DNA from: an uncultured Alphaproteobacteria bacterium
Lineage (GTDB): Bacteria > Pseudomonadota > Alphaproteobacteria > HIMB59 > GCA-002718135
Direction of reading: 5' to 3'
Length of the DNA stretch: 50,293 nt
Assembly: GCA_902538155.1 (NCBI GenBank)
Contig: CACBDX010000004.1
Span: 1 to 50,293, forward strand
Every line of letters begins with the position of its first letter. Positions within the stretch are counted from its first letter, which is position 1. Both the position numbers and the translations under genes were made by a program. The notes below the pieces were generated by a model. It saw only the letters and a program-made list of their open reading frames with translations, did not search any database and was not told the DNA's origin. This document shows, piece after piece, positions 18,231 to 27,683 of this stretch.

Positions 18231-20843
18231 ATGAATTTAAGTGAAAAAATATCTTTAATATTAGTAGATAAAGGTTTTTCTTTGTCTCCAAAAAAAAATA
18301 CTGAAGATTTAATCAATTCTGGCACAGAATTTCACAAAAGTAATGAAGACATCAAAATTGCAGAACAGCATGGTATCGCAGATCAAATTTTTATTCTTTT
18401 AAAAGGTGAGGCTGAATATGTAAAATATCATAATAATGTTTTTTATAAGTTAGCAACATTAAAGAATGCAGGGTCACCTCTTGGTATTTCAGGCTTAAAT
18501 GCGCCAGGTAGATATATGTCAGATATATTTATTAAAGGTAATTCAGAATATATTTCTATCAAAATAGAAAAGTTAAAAGAATTGGAAGAAGTAGATCCGG
18601 ATTATGCAAGTTTTTTTTATTCTTTTTTATTATTTGAATCAATTAATTTAATATGGTCATCTCGCAATTTAGAAAAACCCATTGAACACAAAAACATTAA
18701 TTTAGCTGATGGTGTTAAAACTGGTGGAGATATTGTAAATACCAAAAGAATTAAAAATTCAGCATTTTTAGCTTTTCTTGATGATAACGATTTAGATGAA
18801 TTAATACATTACGCAAACGTTAGATTATTTTCATCTGGTGAATTTATAACATTAGAGGGTAAAAATTCTGATGGAATAAATATTTTGTTAAAAGGTAAGG
18901 TTGAAGCCTCTTTTACAAATTTAAAAGATGACCAAATAGAAAAAAATTCAAGATCAATAGCTAGACCAGGAGTAGCATTGTCCTTATCTTCAGGATTACA
19001 TGAAATTGAATCACCCTACTCCTTAAAAGCAACAAGAGATACAACGATATTAAAATTCTCAAATGAATTTATTGATAATTTAATTAAAACCAATCCAGAA
19101 TTGGCAATCAAATTTTTTAAAAGACAATTATGGCAATTAGGACGGTATATTCAAAGTTCAACAGGCTTAACAACTTATCCCGCTAAAAATGAAAAAGAGT
19201 TTTTTCAATATTTATTAAATGATAATTCTGCAACAATTCCAAGTAATTCCAAACTTTATACAATACCTCATTTATTAGAAAATCATTTAACTCATTCTTT
19301 AGCATTCGATACAATTTATGATTTAATTATCACAGGTAATGATGATGAAAAATCTATAGCTAGTTTAATGATTGATGCATTGAGTGGTATAGAAAGAAAA
19401 AATAGATTTTTCAAACAACTAAACAAAATATACAACAGAGTTGCAAATTCATATGATTCAATAAATAAACAAGCATTACAAAAATTAACAAATTCAGATT
19501 TTATAAAAGCTTTTGATCAAGTACCTTATGTTATTAAAGGTATGGAGAATTTACCTGATGAAGCCACAAACATATTTTTTTATAATCATTTGGCAAGCAT
19601 TGAAGAAAATGGTTTAGCCAATGGACATCAATTTAGTATAGATAGTCACTTTATAAGTGCAAAAATTTTATTTCCAAAATATGGTGATGGTGGTCAAAGA
19701 ATTGCCCGATATTCTAGAAATAATGAATTCTGGAGATATAATTATTATGAGAATTTAGATTATATTTTCGTCCATACACCAGAATCAGATTATTTAAATG
19801 AAACTCAAGAACAAAAAAAGAAAAGAAAAAGTAAATTATTTATCGAAACTCAAAATATTTTTGATCAAAACAGACCTTTAGTTATAGCACCAGAAGGTAC
19901 ATCTGAAACTGAAGATAATTTAACTCCAAATTCCCCAGGTCCATTAAAACCAGGTGCATTTTTATTAGCAGACCAATTAAAACCAGAGCCCCTTCTTGTT
20001 CCAATTGCATTAGCAAATTTTGATTATTCAATTTCTGATACTATTTATTCAGCAGTTATTAAAGAACCAATAAAAATAAAAGATTTTGTAAATGATATGA
20101 AAAATAAAAAAGAGTTAGAAAATTTTTTATCTAAATATAGAAAAACTTTTAGAACATATGTTGAGGAAGCAATTGAATTAGCAAAATCTGCTTCAAAAAA
20201 TAAAATTAATTATGAAGATGTGGTTAGTAACTTAAATTTAGTAAGCCCTATTGAAGAAGAATTTGAAGCAGATGTGAGAGAATTAGAAATTAAATTACAT
20301 TCAGATCAATATAAAAATAACAAAATAGTCTTATTTGGAAGTTCAACATTTAGAGATTGGGAAAATGCAAAAACTGATCTGTCATTTGATAGTTTATTAA
20401 ATTTAGGATTTGGTGGTTCCACATTAGTATCATGCCGAACCTATTTTAATAGAATAGTAGTACCAAATAATCCTGATAAGATGATTTTTTATGCAGGTGA
20501 TAATGATATAGGCAGCGGAATGAGTGCTGAAGATTTAGAAAATGAATTTTTATTATTTACTTCTGAAGTTAATGAAAAATTACCTCATACCTTATGTTTT
20601 TTTGTTTCTATTAAGCCAAGTGTATTTAGGAATAATTATTTAAATACAATATTAGATGCAAATGAACGAATTAAAAACAAAATTGAGAATTTTAGTCAAT
20701 GGCGCTATATTGATCTTTGTTCTCCTATGCTTGATGCTGGATTTGAAAAATTTTATTCAGAAGATCCATTACACATGAATGTACTTGGTTACAGTCTCTT
20801 AAGTAAATTAATTAGAGATGAAATCTCGAAATTTACAATTTAA
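18231..20843 (+). CDS. Fusion protein: two cNMP-binding-like domains, a PlsC-like acyltransferase and an SGNH/GDSL hydrolase
   Basis: Two CNB beta-roll signatures (FILLKGEAE; NILLKGKVE); acyltransferase YNH, APEGT and KPGAF..LVPIA; SGNH blocks FGSS, GFGGS, AGDND and DPLH. Confidence 0.8.
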   Translation: MNLSEKISLILVDKGFSLSPKKNTEDLINSGTEFHKSNEDIKIAEQHGIADQIFILLKGEAEYVKYHNNVFYKLATLKNAGSPLGISGLNAPGRYMSDIFIKGNSEYISIKIEKLKELEEVDPDYASFFYSFLLFESINLIWSSRNLEKPIEHKNINLADGVKTGGDIVNTKRIKNSAFLAFLDDNDLDELIHYANVRLFSSGEFITLEGKNSDGINILLKGKVEASFTNLKDDQIEKNSRSIARPGVALSLSSGLHEIESPYSLKATRDTTILKFSNEFIDNLIKTNPELAIKFFKRQLWQLGRYIQSSTGLTTYPAKNEKEFFQYLLNDNSATIPSNSKLYTIPHLLENHLTHSLAFDTIYDLIITGNDDEKSIASLMIDALSGIERKNRFFKQLNKIYNRVANSYDSINKQALQKLTNSDFIKAFDQVPYVIKGMENLPDEATNIFFYNHLASIEENGLANGHQFSIDSHFISAKILFPKYGDGGQRIARYSRNNEFWRYNYYENLDYIFVHTPESDYLNETQEQKKKRKSKLFIETQNIFDQNRPLVIAPEGTSETEDNLTPNSPGPLKPGAFLLADQLKPEPLLVPIALANFDYSISDTIYSAVIKEPIKIKDFVNDMKNKKELENFLSKYRKTFRTYVEEAIELAKSASKNKINYEDVVSNLNLVSPIEEEFEADVRELEIKLHSDQYKNNKIVLFGSSTFRDWENAKTDLSFDSLLNLGFGGSTLVSCRTYFNRIVVPNNPDKMIFYAGDNDIGSGMSAEDLENEFLLFTSEVNEKLPHTLCFFVSIKPSVFRNNYLNTILDANERIKNKIENFSQWRYIDLCSPMLDAGFEKFYSEDPLHMNVLGYSLLSKLIRDEISKFTI

Positions 20844-20857
20844 ACTTAAATAAAAAA

Positions 20858-21880
20858 TTAAATTTTAATTTCTTTTCTTAGTTTATCAGATTTATATGAA
20901 TTGAAGACTAATGATAAACTCTTTATGTTATCTTCACCACTGGTGTCGTGTTCAATATTATTTATTAGTGAATCAATGAAATGTTTGTGCGTATTGATTA
21001 CACTTTCTTGAATTTGATCCCAAGGTTTTGAAATCCATTTATATTTCTTTGGTTTTCCATCATAAATCTTCTTTTTATTATTTTTGTGAAGAATAATTTT
21101 GTAATTGTAGTCCAAATCAATTGAGCCGTTAGAGAATTCTAAATTAACTAGTGTTTGAGCGAATCTGTCTGGTTTTTTTATTGAAGAAATAGATGCATCA
21201 ACAATAGTAATACTATTATTTTTATTTCTTATCAGGGATATAAAATCGGTTTCACCTTTAAATTTATTATTTGTATTTTGATTTACTGTATAAATACTTT
21301 TTGCTTCTCCCATAAAAAATCTACTTAAATCAAATAAATGGATTCCTACGTCTAGGGTTAAATACTCTTTTAAATCGTATAAATATTTTTGATTGGTATA
21401 TCCAACAGGATTTGCATGTCTAAAAGATATCTTGGCATAATGTGGTCTCGTTAATTGCTCTTTATTTATAATTTCTTTTAATTTTAATAGAGGGCTTTGC
21501 CATCTAAAATTCTCATGAACCATAAGTGGTGTTTTATTTTTTTTATATAAAGAAACAATTTTTTTTGCATTAGATAAATTTTCAGCAAATGGCTTTTGTA
21601 TAGAAGTTGGAATTTTATACTTAGATAAAATTTTGCCAATATTTAAGTGTGTCTCCATTGTTGTTACAACATCAACAAAGTCAATTTTATGTTTTTTTAA
21701 CATTAATTCTATAGATGAATAAGAATGTAAAATGTTAAATTTAGATTTAAATTTATTAGCTTTTTTAATATCTAAATCACAAACACATATTATTTCAATA
21801 TTTTTTAATTCTTTCCAAGCTAAAATATGATTTTCAGCAAAGAAACCACAACCAATTAATGCTCCTTTTAATTTTTTCAT
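20858..21880 (-). CDS. apsD: Gfo/Idh/MocA oxidoreductase, D-apiose dehydrogenase-like
   Basis: LKGALIGCGFF, QKPFA, PLMVHENFRWQ, PWxxIQESV and TSGxDN match my recollection of rhizobial ApsD; adjacent to an apnL-like gene. Confidence 0.72.
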   Translation of the reverse strand: MKKLKGALIGCGFFAENHILAWKELKNIEIICVCDLDIKKANKFKSKFNILHSYSSIELMLKKHKIDFVDVVTTMETHLNIGKILSKYKIPTSIQKPFAENLSNAKKIVSLYKKNKTPLMVHENFRWQSPLLKLKEIINKEQLTRPHYAKISFRHANPVGYTNQKYLYDLKEYLTLDVGIHLFDLSRFFMGEAKSIYTVNQNTNNKFKGETDFISLIRNKNNSITIVDASISSIKKPDRFAQTLVNLEFSNGSIDLDYNYKIILHKNNKKKIYDGKPKKYKWISKPWDQIQESVINTHKHFIDSLINNIEHDTSGEDNIKSLSLVFNSYKSDKLRKEIKI

Positions 21881-23691
21881 TTATCTTCTATAAATTTAAT
21901 TTCTAAGGGCTCAAACGTATATGGACTTGTATCATTTTTAAAGTTAAAAAAAGAAAAATCATTATTAAAAATATCAGTATAATTGTTTAAATTAAGCTTA
22001 TATTGATTACTAAAATTTATTTCAGGAATAATAATTTCCTTTTTTTGTTTTGAGGAATTAACAAATAAATAATACTTTTTATCATTTAGTACGATTTTTA
22101 ATCCATACACTTCGTTAACTGGATTAAATTTAAAAATTTCTGAATTTGTTAGTGAAATAAGAAAATTATTTAAATGATACAATGGTCTTTTGGTATTATC
22201 TTTATTTAATATTCCATGATGCCCATAAATAGAATTAAAAGTAAAAAATTTTGATTCTTTATTTATTGATTGAATAAAAATTGCCAGTGTCCAAGTTAGT
22301 GAAAATAATTGATCATGCCTTGGATCGCTATCAGCCATTTCTAATCTTATTTTGTTTTTATTACTTACAAGACTTTCACCATACGGATTGAAATGCATAC
22401 CAATAGAAATTGGACCAATATGAACATTAGTACTATTAGAAAAATTTTTTAGAGTTTTAAGGATATAAGGTATAGTTTCAGGTGTATTTAATACACCAAA
22501 ATCACTAGAATCATGAACAATTGGAGTGAAGGAAAAACTAACCAAATCATAAAACATTTTTGGTCTTTTTCTATTTAATTCTGTAAAATTAGTGACCATT
22601 CCAGAAACAATTTCACTATTAGAAAATATCTTTTTCGCAATTTTATAGTATTCATTTAATTCCGGAGCTTTAGGCCATTCACCAGCTGGTTGAAAACTAT
22701 TCAAATATATTTTTGGACAAATTAAAATTTTATCTAAATTAATAGTATTTTCAGTTACAAAATTGTAAATTTTTTTTAACTCATCATCAGGATCATTAGT
22801 ATGATCAACCAAAGCTACAAGGAATACTTTGTTCTGAGATCTTGAAGTTACATTCGTAAAATCTTCAGTAAAATCAATAAGATAGTAATAATAATCAAAG
22901 TTATTTATTAAATTATCATTAGGAATAATTAAAGAATCAATTTTTATACCAATTTTAGGAAATTTATAAGGAGTAGTATGATCAATTTTTACAATATTCT
23001 TAGACGGGAAAGATATTTGTTTTTTATTTACTACATCTATTTTAACAGTTTGAGAGAAATTAGACCCTCCTTTTTCTAGATATGGAAAAGGATTTAATAA
23101 AGAACCACTATATATTTTGTAAGAAGCATCACCCCAATTTCTTTGATCCTCCATTTCAAATAAAATACCCTCAAAATTAATATTAACCAACAAACTATCG
23201 TCTAAAGTATAGGCAAGGTTTTTAAATTTAAAAAATGGTTGGTCGGGTTTTATGTTTTCTGGAAATTTTTTTTCCTCTTTTAAATCGTTCCCCTTTGTTA
23301 CAATGATGTTTGAACCAACATGATTTTGTAATGGAATTAATAAATTAAAACCTATTCTATTAGTCCAAAAATCAGTTAAAAATTCTCCTTCAGAGGATAG
23401 AGTGATAGAATTATCAGAAAATAATATAACATTTCTTGTTTTAAGAATTTCATCTATACCATATTCTAAATCGAATATATATTCTAAGGATGAATCAAAG
23501 TTCTCTTCATAATTTAGAATTTTAGGATCATAGTTATTCCAATTTTTGTCTCTTACCAAAAATGATATCATCTTTAAAATTTGAAAATTTTGAAAAGTTA
23601 TATTTCGAAAAAAAAGATTATCTTTTAATAAGGTAAAATTATTATTTGAATTTTTTATAAATTTTTCTTCCAACAATTTAGAGTTATACAT
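21877..23691 (-). CDS. apnL: D-apionate lactonase-like protein
   Basis: Motifs FLVRDxNW, TNRxGF, FEMEDQRNWxDASYK, FTELNR and PIVH. ATG at 23691 preferred (track gives 23718). Confidence 0.72.
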   Translation of the reverse strand: MYNSKLLEEKFIKNSNNNFTLLKDNLFFRNITFQNFQILKMISFLVRDKNWNNYDPKILNYEENFDSSLEYIFDLEYGIDEILKTRNVILFSDNSITLSSEGEFLTDFWTNRIGFNLLIPLQNHVGSNIIVTKGNDLKEEKKFPENIKPDQPFFKFKNLAYTLDDSLLVNINFEGILFEMEDQRNWGDASYKIYSGSLLNPFPYLEKGGSNFSQTVKIDVVNKKQISFPSKNIVKIDHTTPYKFPKIGIKIDSLIIPNDNLINNFDYYYYLIDFTEDFTNVTSRSQNKVFLVALVDHTNDPDDELKKIYNFVTENTINLDKILICPKIYLNSFQPAGEWPKAPELNEYYKIAKKIFSNSEIVSGMVTNFTELNRKRPKMFYDLVSFSFTPIVHDSSDFGVLNTPETIPYILKTLKNFSNSTNVHIGPISIGMHFNPYGESLVSNKNKIRLEMADSDPRHDQLFSLTWTLAIFIQSINKESKFFTFNSIYGHHGILNKDNTKRPLYHLNNFLISLTNSEIFKFNPVNEVYGLKIVLNDKKYYLFVNSSKQKKEIIIPEINFSNQYKLNLNNYTDIFNNDFSFFNFKNDTSPYTFEPLEIKFIEDK

Positions 23692-24931
23692 ATAATTTTG
23701 ATACTGATTTATAATCATTATATTCTGATATTAAATCTGATTTATTTTTTTCATATTTTGTATTTTGGATTAAACTTAAAAAAATAAGTTCTCGTTGAGC
23801 AAAACTACCTCCAAGGTATTTAAATTGTGATTTAATTATATTTTCGTTTAATAATTCTTTTGTTTTCATACTTTGAATGATTGGCTTTAAGTAATTAATA
23901 TAATTTTCTTTAAAAGAATTTTCTAAATAATTTTCTTCCATTCTCTCTTCAAGTTCCTGAAAATAATCTTGGTCATTATAGTATAAGTAATAAAAAATAA
24001 GATGATAATCAATGAATGGAAGTATGTGTTGTTTTTTAAAATATTCAGCATAATCTTTTAATTTATCCATTCTTTCTTTAACATCCACTCCTTTGTAATG
24101 AAGTCTTAATAAAAAAGAACAAGCATTACAAAAATCTAAATAAAAAATTTCAGAAGAAGAGAAATAATTATCAAATAGTTTTAAACTTTTCTCATATTCT
24201 TGATTGTAGAATAATATTAATGATTGGTGCCACCATATATGTCTTTTTATTGGCCCGTAAATTGACCAATTAATTTTATTAAAATTATCATTGTTGTTAA
24301 TTGAGTTGTTATTCTCATTATCGTGTACATGCAAAAGGGCATGCCAACTCCATAAATCATTTGATGATTGTTTTAGTGAATTTAAAGCTAAAAGCTTAGC
24401 TTTATCAATAATATTATTTTCTTCAAAAGCATAGCTGGTCATCCCTAATAGTAAATTATAATGCTGATCATTTTCAGACCACTTACTTAATATTTCCTCA
24501 TGTTTATTTAAAAAATTACTATCAATACCCAAGAAAATATTATTAAAATGAAATAATCTGATTGCAAAAATATCTTTGGGATTATCTTTTATAATTAATT
24601 CCAATTTATTTAATAAATTTTTTAAATCATTTTTAATCCAGAGATTTACTATCTCTAAATATTGATGAAAATAATCATTTACTTCATCAGTGGAAATTGA
24701 TTTGAATGTTTCTCTAGCTAATGAAATTTTTTGTACATCTCTAGAAAAAAGCAATAAAACTATTTTTAATAATTTTGGAGCATTAAATTCTGGTTTTTTT
24801 TTAATTAATTTGTTAGTTTTATAAAAAGCATCTTTCTTAAAATAAATATATGAATCAATACATTCTTTGAAACTATTTATTTCATCATCTTTATTACTAT
24901 CTATCCATTTATAAAAATAATTATTTTGCAT
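23684..24931 (-). CDS. TTC38-like tetratricopeptide repeat protein
   Basis: Motifs WxWHALxHV, HIWWH and GGSxAQR. Confidence 0.72.
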   Translation of the reverse strand: MQNNYFYKWIDSNKDDEINSFKECIDSYIYFKKDAFYKTNKLIKKKPEFNAPKLLKIVLLLFSRDVQKISLARETFKSISTDEVNDYFHQYLEIVNLWIKNDLKNLLNKLELIIKDNPKDIFAIRLFHFNNIFLGIDSNFLNKHEEILSKWSENDQHYNLLLGMTSYAFEENNIIDKAKLLALNSLKQSSNDLWSWHALLHVHDNENNNSINNNDNFNKINWSIYGPIKRHIWWHQSLILFYNQEYEKSLKLFDNYFSSSEIFYLDFCNACSFLLRLHYKGVDVKERMDKLKDYAEYFKKQHILPFIDYHLIFYYLYYNDQDYFQELEERMEENYLENSFKENYINYLKPIIQSMKTKELLNENIIKSQFKYLGGSFAQRELIFLSLIQNTKYEKNKSDLISEYNDYKSVSKLYV

Positions 24932-24973
24932 TTACTAATAATACACATAATCTAACGATGTTAAATATTAATA

Positions 24974-25864
24974 TTATGAATTAATATTTAATCTCTTTCT
25001 TGTAATTTCTTTATTTAATTGAAGTTCTCTGTAAGAAATTAGAAGCACACCACAAAAAATTACAGAGGCACCTAACCAGGTATAATAATCAGGTTTATCA
25101 CTAAAGACAAAATATCCAATTATTGATGAAACTACTAATCCTAAAAATGAATAAGGTTGAGTCATAGTTACATCAACTAATTTATATGCATGATTTAATG
25201 CAATATGTAATATAGTTCCTGACATTGCAGCACATAATATAAAAATAATTGTTTTTAAGCTTGGCTGATCCCAAAAATATATAACTAATGGAAATGAAAA
25301 AAGACTCATATAAACATACTGATGTGATAATATTGTTATAGCACTATCATCCTTAGATACTTTTTTAGTTAAAATTATAACTACTGACCAAATTAGCGAT
25401 GAAATAAGCGCCATATATATTCCAATAGAAATATCTATAATACCGGGTCGCAATATTATTAACATTCCTAGAAAACCCATCACTAATGCAATTGACCTAT
25501 ATAAATAGATTTTTTCTTTTAAAAATATCACAGCTAAGATTGTAACAATGATAGGAACTATAAAATGAATGGCTGTCATTTTCTCTAATGGAAGCATAGC
25601 TAAAGCTGCAAAACCAAGTAGCATTGCAGGTAAGTTTAGTGCTGACCGTAAAATATGAATTTTTAAATTTTTTGTACTAAATACTTCAAATTTTGTTTTT
25701 AGAATGTAAGGGGTGATGATTAAAAATCCAAAGAAAAAACGTAAAAAACCAGTTGTAAATACATTTAATTCTTCTTGAGCTAATTTTATAAATGTACCCA
25801 TAAGAGTACCAAAAATAATTGATATAATAATTAAAAAAATTGCAAATTGATTATTGTTTAACAA
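24974..25864 (-). CDS. DMT/EamA transporter
   Basis: About 10 TM; motifs FLKEK and GxLIILRPG. Confidence 0.9.
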   Translation of the reverse strand: MLNNNQFAIFLIIISIIFGTLMGTFIKLAQEELNVFTTGFLRFFFGFLIITPYILKTKFEVFSTKNLKIHILRSALNLPAMLLGFAALAMLPLEKMTAIHFIVPIIVTILAVIFLKEKIYLYRSIALVMGFLGMLIILRPGIIDISIGIYMALISSLIWSVVIILTKKVSKDDSAITILSHQYVYMSLFSFPLVIYFWDQPSLKTIIFILCAAMSGTILHIALNHAYKLVDVTMTQPYSFLGLVVSSIIGYFVFSDKPDYYTWLGASVIFCGVLLISYRELQLNKEITRKRLNINS

Positions 25865-25959
25865 ATAATATTCCTAGCTAAAAAGAATTAGGATAATCAT
25901 AACACAATTTTTCCTTATTTATATCTCTATTAAAACAAAATTTGATTATATTTTAAAAA

Positions 25960-26037
25960 TTGTGGCACTTATCAAAAGAATAGTTCTTTTATTCATAACA
26001 TTAATTTTCATTATAATTCTCCTTGTAGGTGCCACAA
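25960..26037. repeat. Inverted-repeat element copy 1 (TTGTGGCAC...GTGCCACAA)
   Basis: 12-bp arms with one imperfect pair, in a divergent intergenic region; related to 30730-30798. Confidence 0.75.
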
Positions 26038-26057
26038 CTTCATTTTAAGATTATAAA

Positions 26058-26477
26058 ATGATAAATTTACAAGATGAATTGATAATTTCTAATAATGGAC
26101 AAGGAATGTATGAAATTACAAATAATATTCATGACTGGATTGTTAAAAATAATATTATTAAAGGTCAACTAAATTTATTTATACAGCATACTTCTGCTTC
26201 TTTAACAATAATGGAAAATGCTAGTACTGATGTTTTAGAAGATATTAATTCTTTTTTTCAAAAAATAGTTCCTGAAGATTCTTCATTATATAAACACGGT
26301 TATGAAGGAGATGATGATATGCCTGCCCACATAAAATCTATGCTTACTCAAACTTCCTTAACAGTTCCTATAAACAACAAAGAAATGATATTAGGTACAT
26401 GGCAAGGTATATATCTAATAGAGCACAGATATAGTAAATTTAGAAGAAAAATAATTTTAAGTTTTATAGGAAATTAA
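26058..26477 (+). CDS. yjbQ: YjbQ/UPF0047 family protein
   Basis: Motifs HTSASLTIxEN, HxxEGxDDMPAHIKS and LGTWQGI. Confidence 0.92.
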   Translation: MINLQDELIISNNGQGMYEITNNIHDWIVKNNIIKGQLNLFIQHTSASLTIMENASTDVLEDINSFFQKIVPEDSSLYKHGYEGDDDMPAHIKSMLTQTSLTVPINNKEMILGTWQGIYLIEHRYSKFRRKIILSFIGN

Positions 26478-26479
26478 TT

Positions 26480-27634
26480 TTACTGATTTCTAACAGTAAC
26501 CAGGAATAATGCAGTATTAATAAACCAGATAAAACATAAAAGTTGCACATTAAATGTTAATCCAAAATAATCTGCTGAAAAACCAACCAATGCGGGGCCG
26601 ATTAAAAAACCGCCCATTGCTAAAGTACTTAAATTAGCTGCAGTAGTATTTATATTTTGTTTTGTTTGCCTTAGGGCATATCTTATAACAACAGGATAGA
26701 AATTAGATGAACAAATACCTATAATGAATATACCAATTAAAATAATATAAGGATTAAATGTTAAAATAGAAATAAAAAAAATAATACATCCTATTAAACC
26801 CAAATATCCCCCAACAAATTTTTCATTGATCAATTTTATTAAAAATGATCCTGAAAATCTTCCTAATGACTCTCCACAACCCCAAGAAACAACAGCCAAA
26901 GTTGCAAGAAAAACTGTTGTCTTTAATTCTTTTTCAAACCAAACTGCTGACCAATCACCTACTATTCCAACTGATGCATAAAATATAAATAAATAAATTC
27001 CAAAAATTAATATTTTAACTTCAGGTAATTTAAATTTTTCTGATTTATTAATATTATCTTTATTTTTAGGAAAAGCATATATGCGAATAAGAAAGAAACC
27101 AAGTATTCCAAATAAAGAAAGTAAAAAAAATAAATAAGAGGTATCGATATTGTAATATTGCCAAATAGATGAAAATATTGCTCCACATAAAAATCCAAAA
27201 CTTAAAAATCCACCCCATAGAGGTTGTAAGATTTTACCTGTCTCTCTTTCAGCTATTCCAGTTACTGCAGTGCATGTTGTATAAAATAATCCTACACCAA
27301 AACCACAAGGAATTGATGCTAATATAAAGTGAAACGAATTTTGTGAAAAAATAAGAATAATTGGAAATATTGAGAATATTAAAATTCCTAATGATAAGGT
27401 ATTTTTTGAACCTATTTTTGGTATTATAATTCTACCAGCAAATTGACTAAAAATAATTTGAATTGCTGAAAATAGCATAAAGAAAAAACCTAATGACGTG
27501 TTAGCCATTTCAATTTTATTGATAAAATATGGTAAATGGGCAATCGTGTTACCCCAAATAAATAAAGGAACGAAAATTGATATACAAGCGCTAATAAAGC
27601 CTCTTAAATAAACATCTTTAAAGTATTCGTTCAT
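26480..27634 (-). CDS. MFS transporter
   Basis: About 12 TM; motifs DWSA, GRFxG and GFLIGP. Confidence 0.85.
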   Translation of the reverse strand: MNEYFKDVYLRGFISACISIFVPLFIWGNTIAHLPYFINKIEMANTSLGFFFMLFSAIQIIFSQFAGRIIIPKIGSKNTLSLGILIFSIFPIILIFSQNSFHFILASIPCGFGVGLFYTTCTAVTGIAERETGKILQPLWGGFLSFGFLCGAIFSSIWQYYNIDTSYLFFLLSLFGILGFFLIRIYAFPKNKDNINKSEKFKLPEVKILIFGIYLFIFYASVGIVGDWSAVWFEKELKTTVFLATLAVVSWGCGESLGRFSGSFLIKLINEKFVGGYLGLIGCIIFFISILTFNPYIILIGIFIIGICSSNFYPVVIRYALRQTKQNINTTAANLSTLAMGGFLIGPALVGFSADYFGLTFNVQLLCFIWFINTALFLVTVRNQ

Positions 27635-27683
27635 TTTATTTTATATGAATTAATTGATTTATAAACTAAACTAAAATTATTAA

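Noticed and set aside
25963-25977. TGGCAC as a sigma54 -24 box (also at the other element arms)
   Set aside because: None has TTGC at the -12 position.
25960-26040. Integron attC site
   Set aside because: It lacks the RYYYAAC...GTTRRRY arrangement, the flanking genes are divergent, and there is no integrase.
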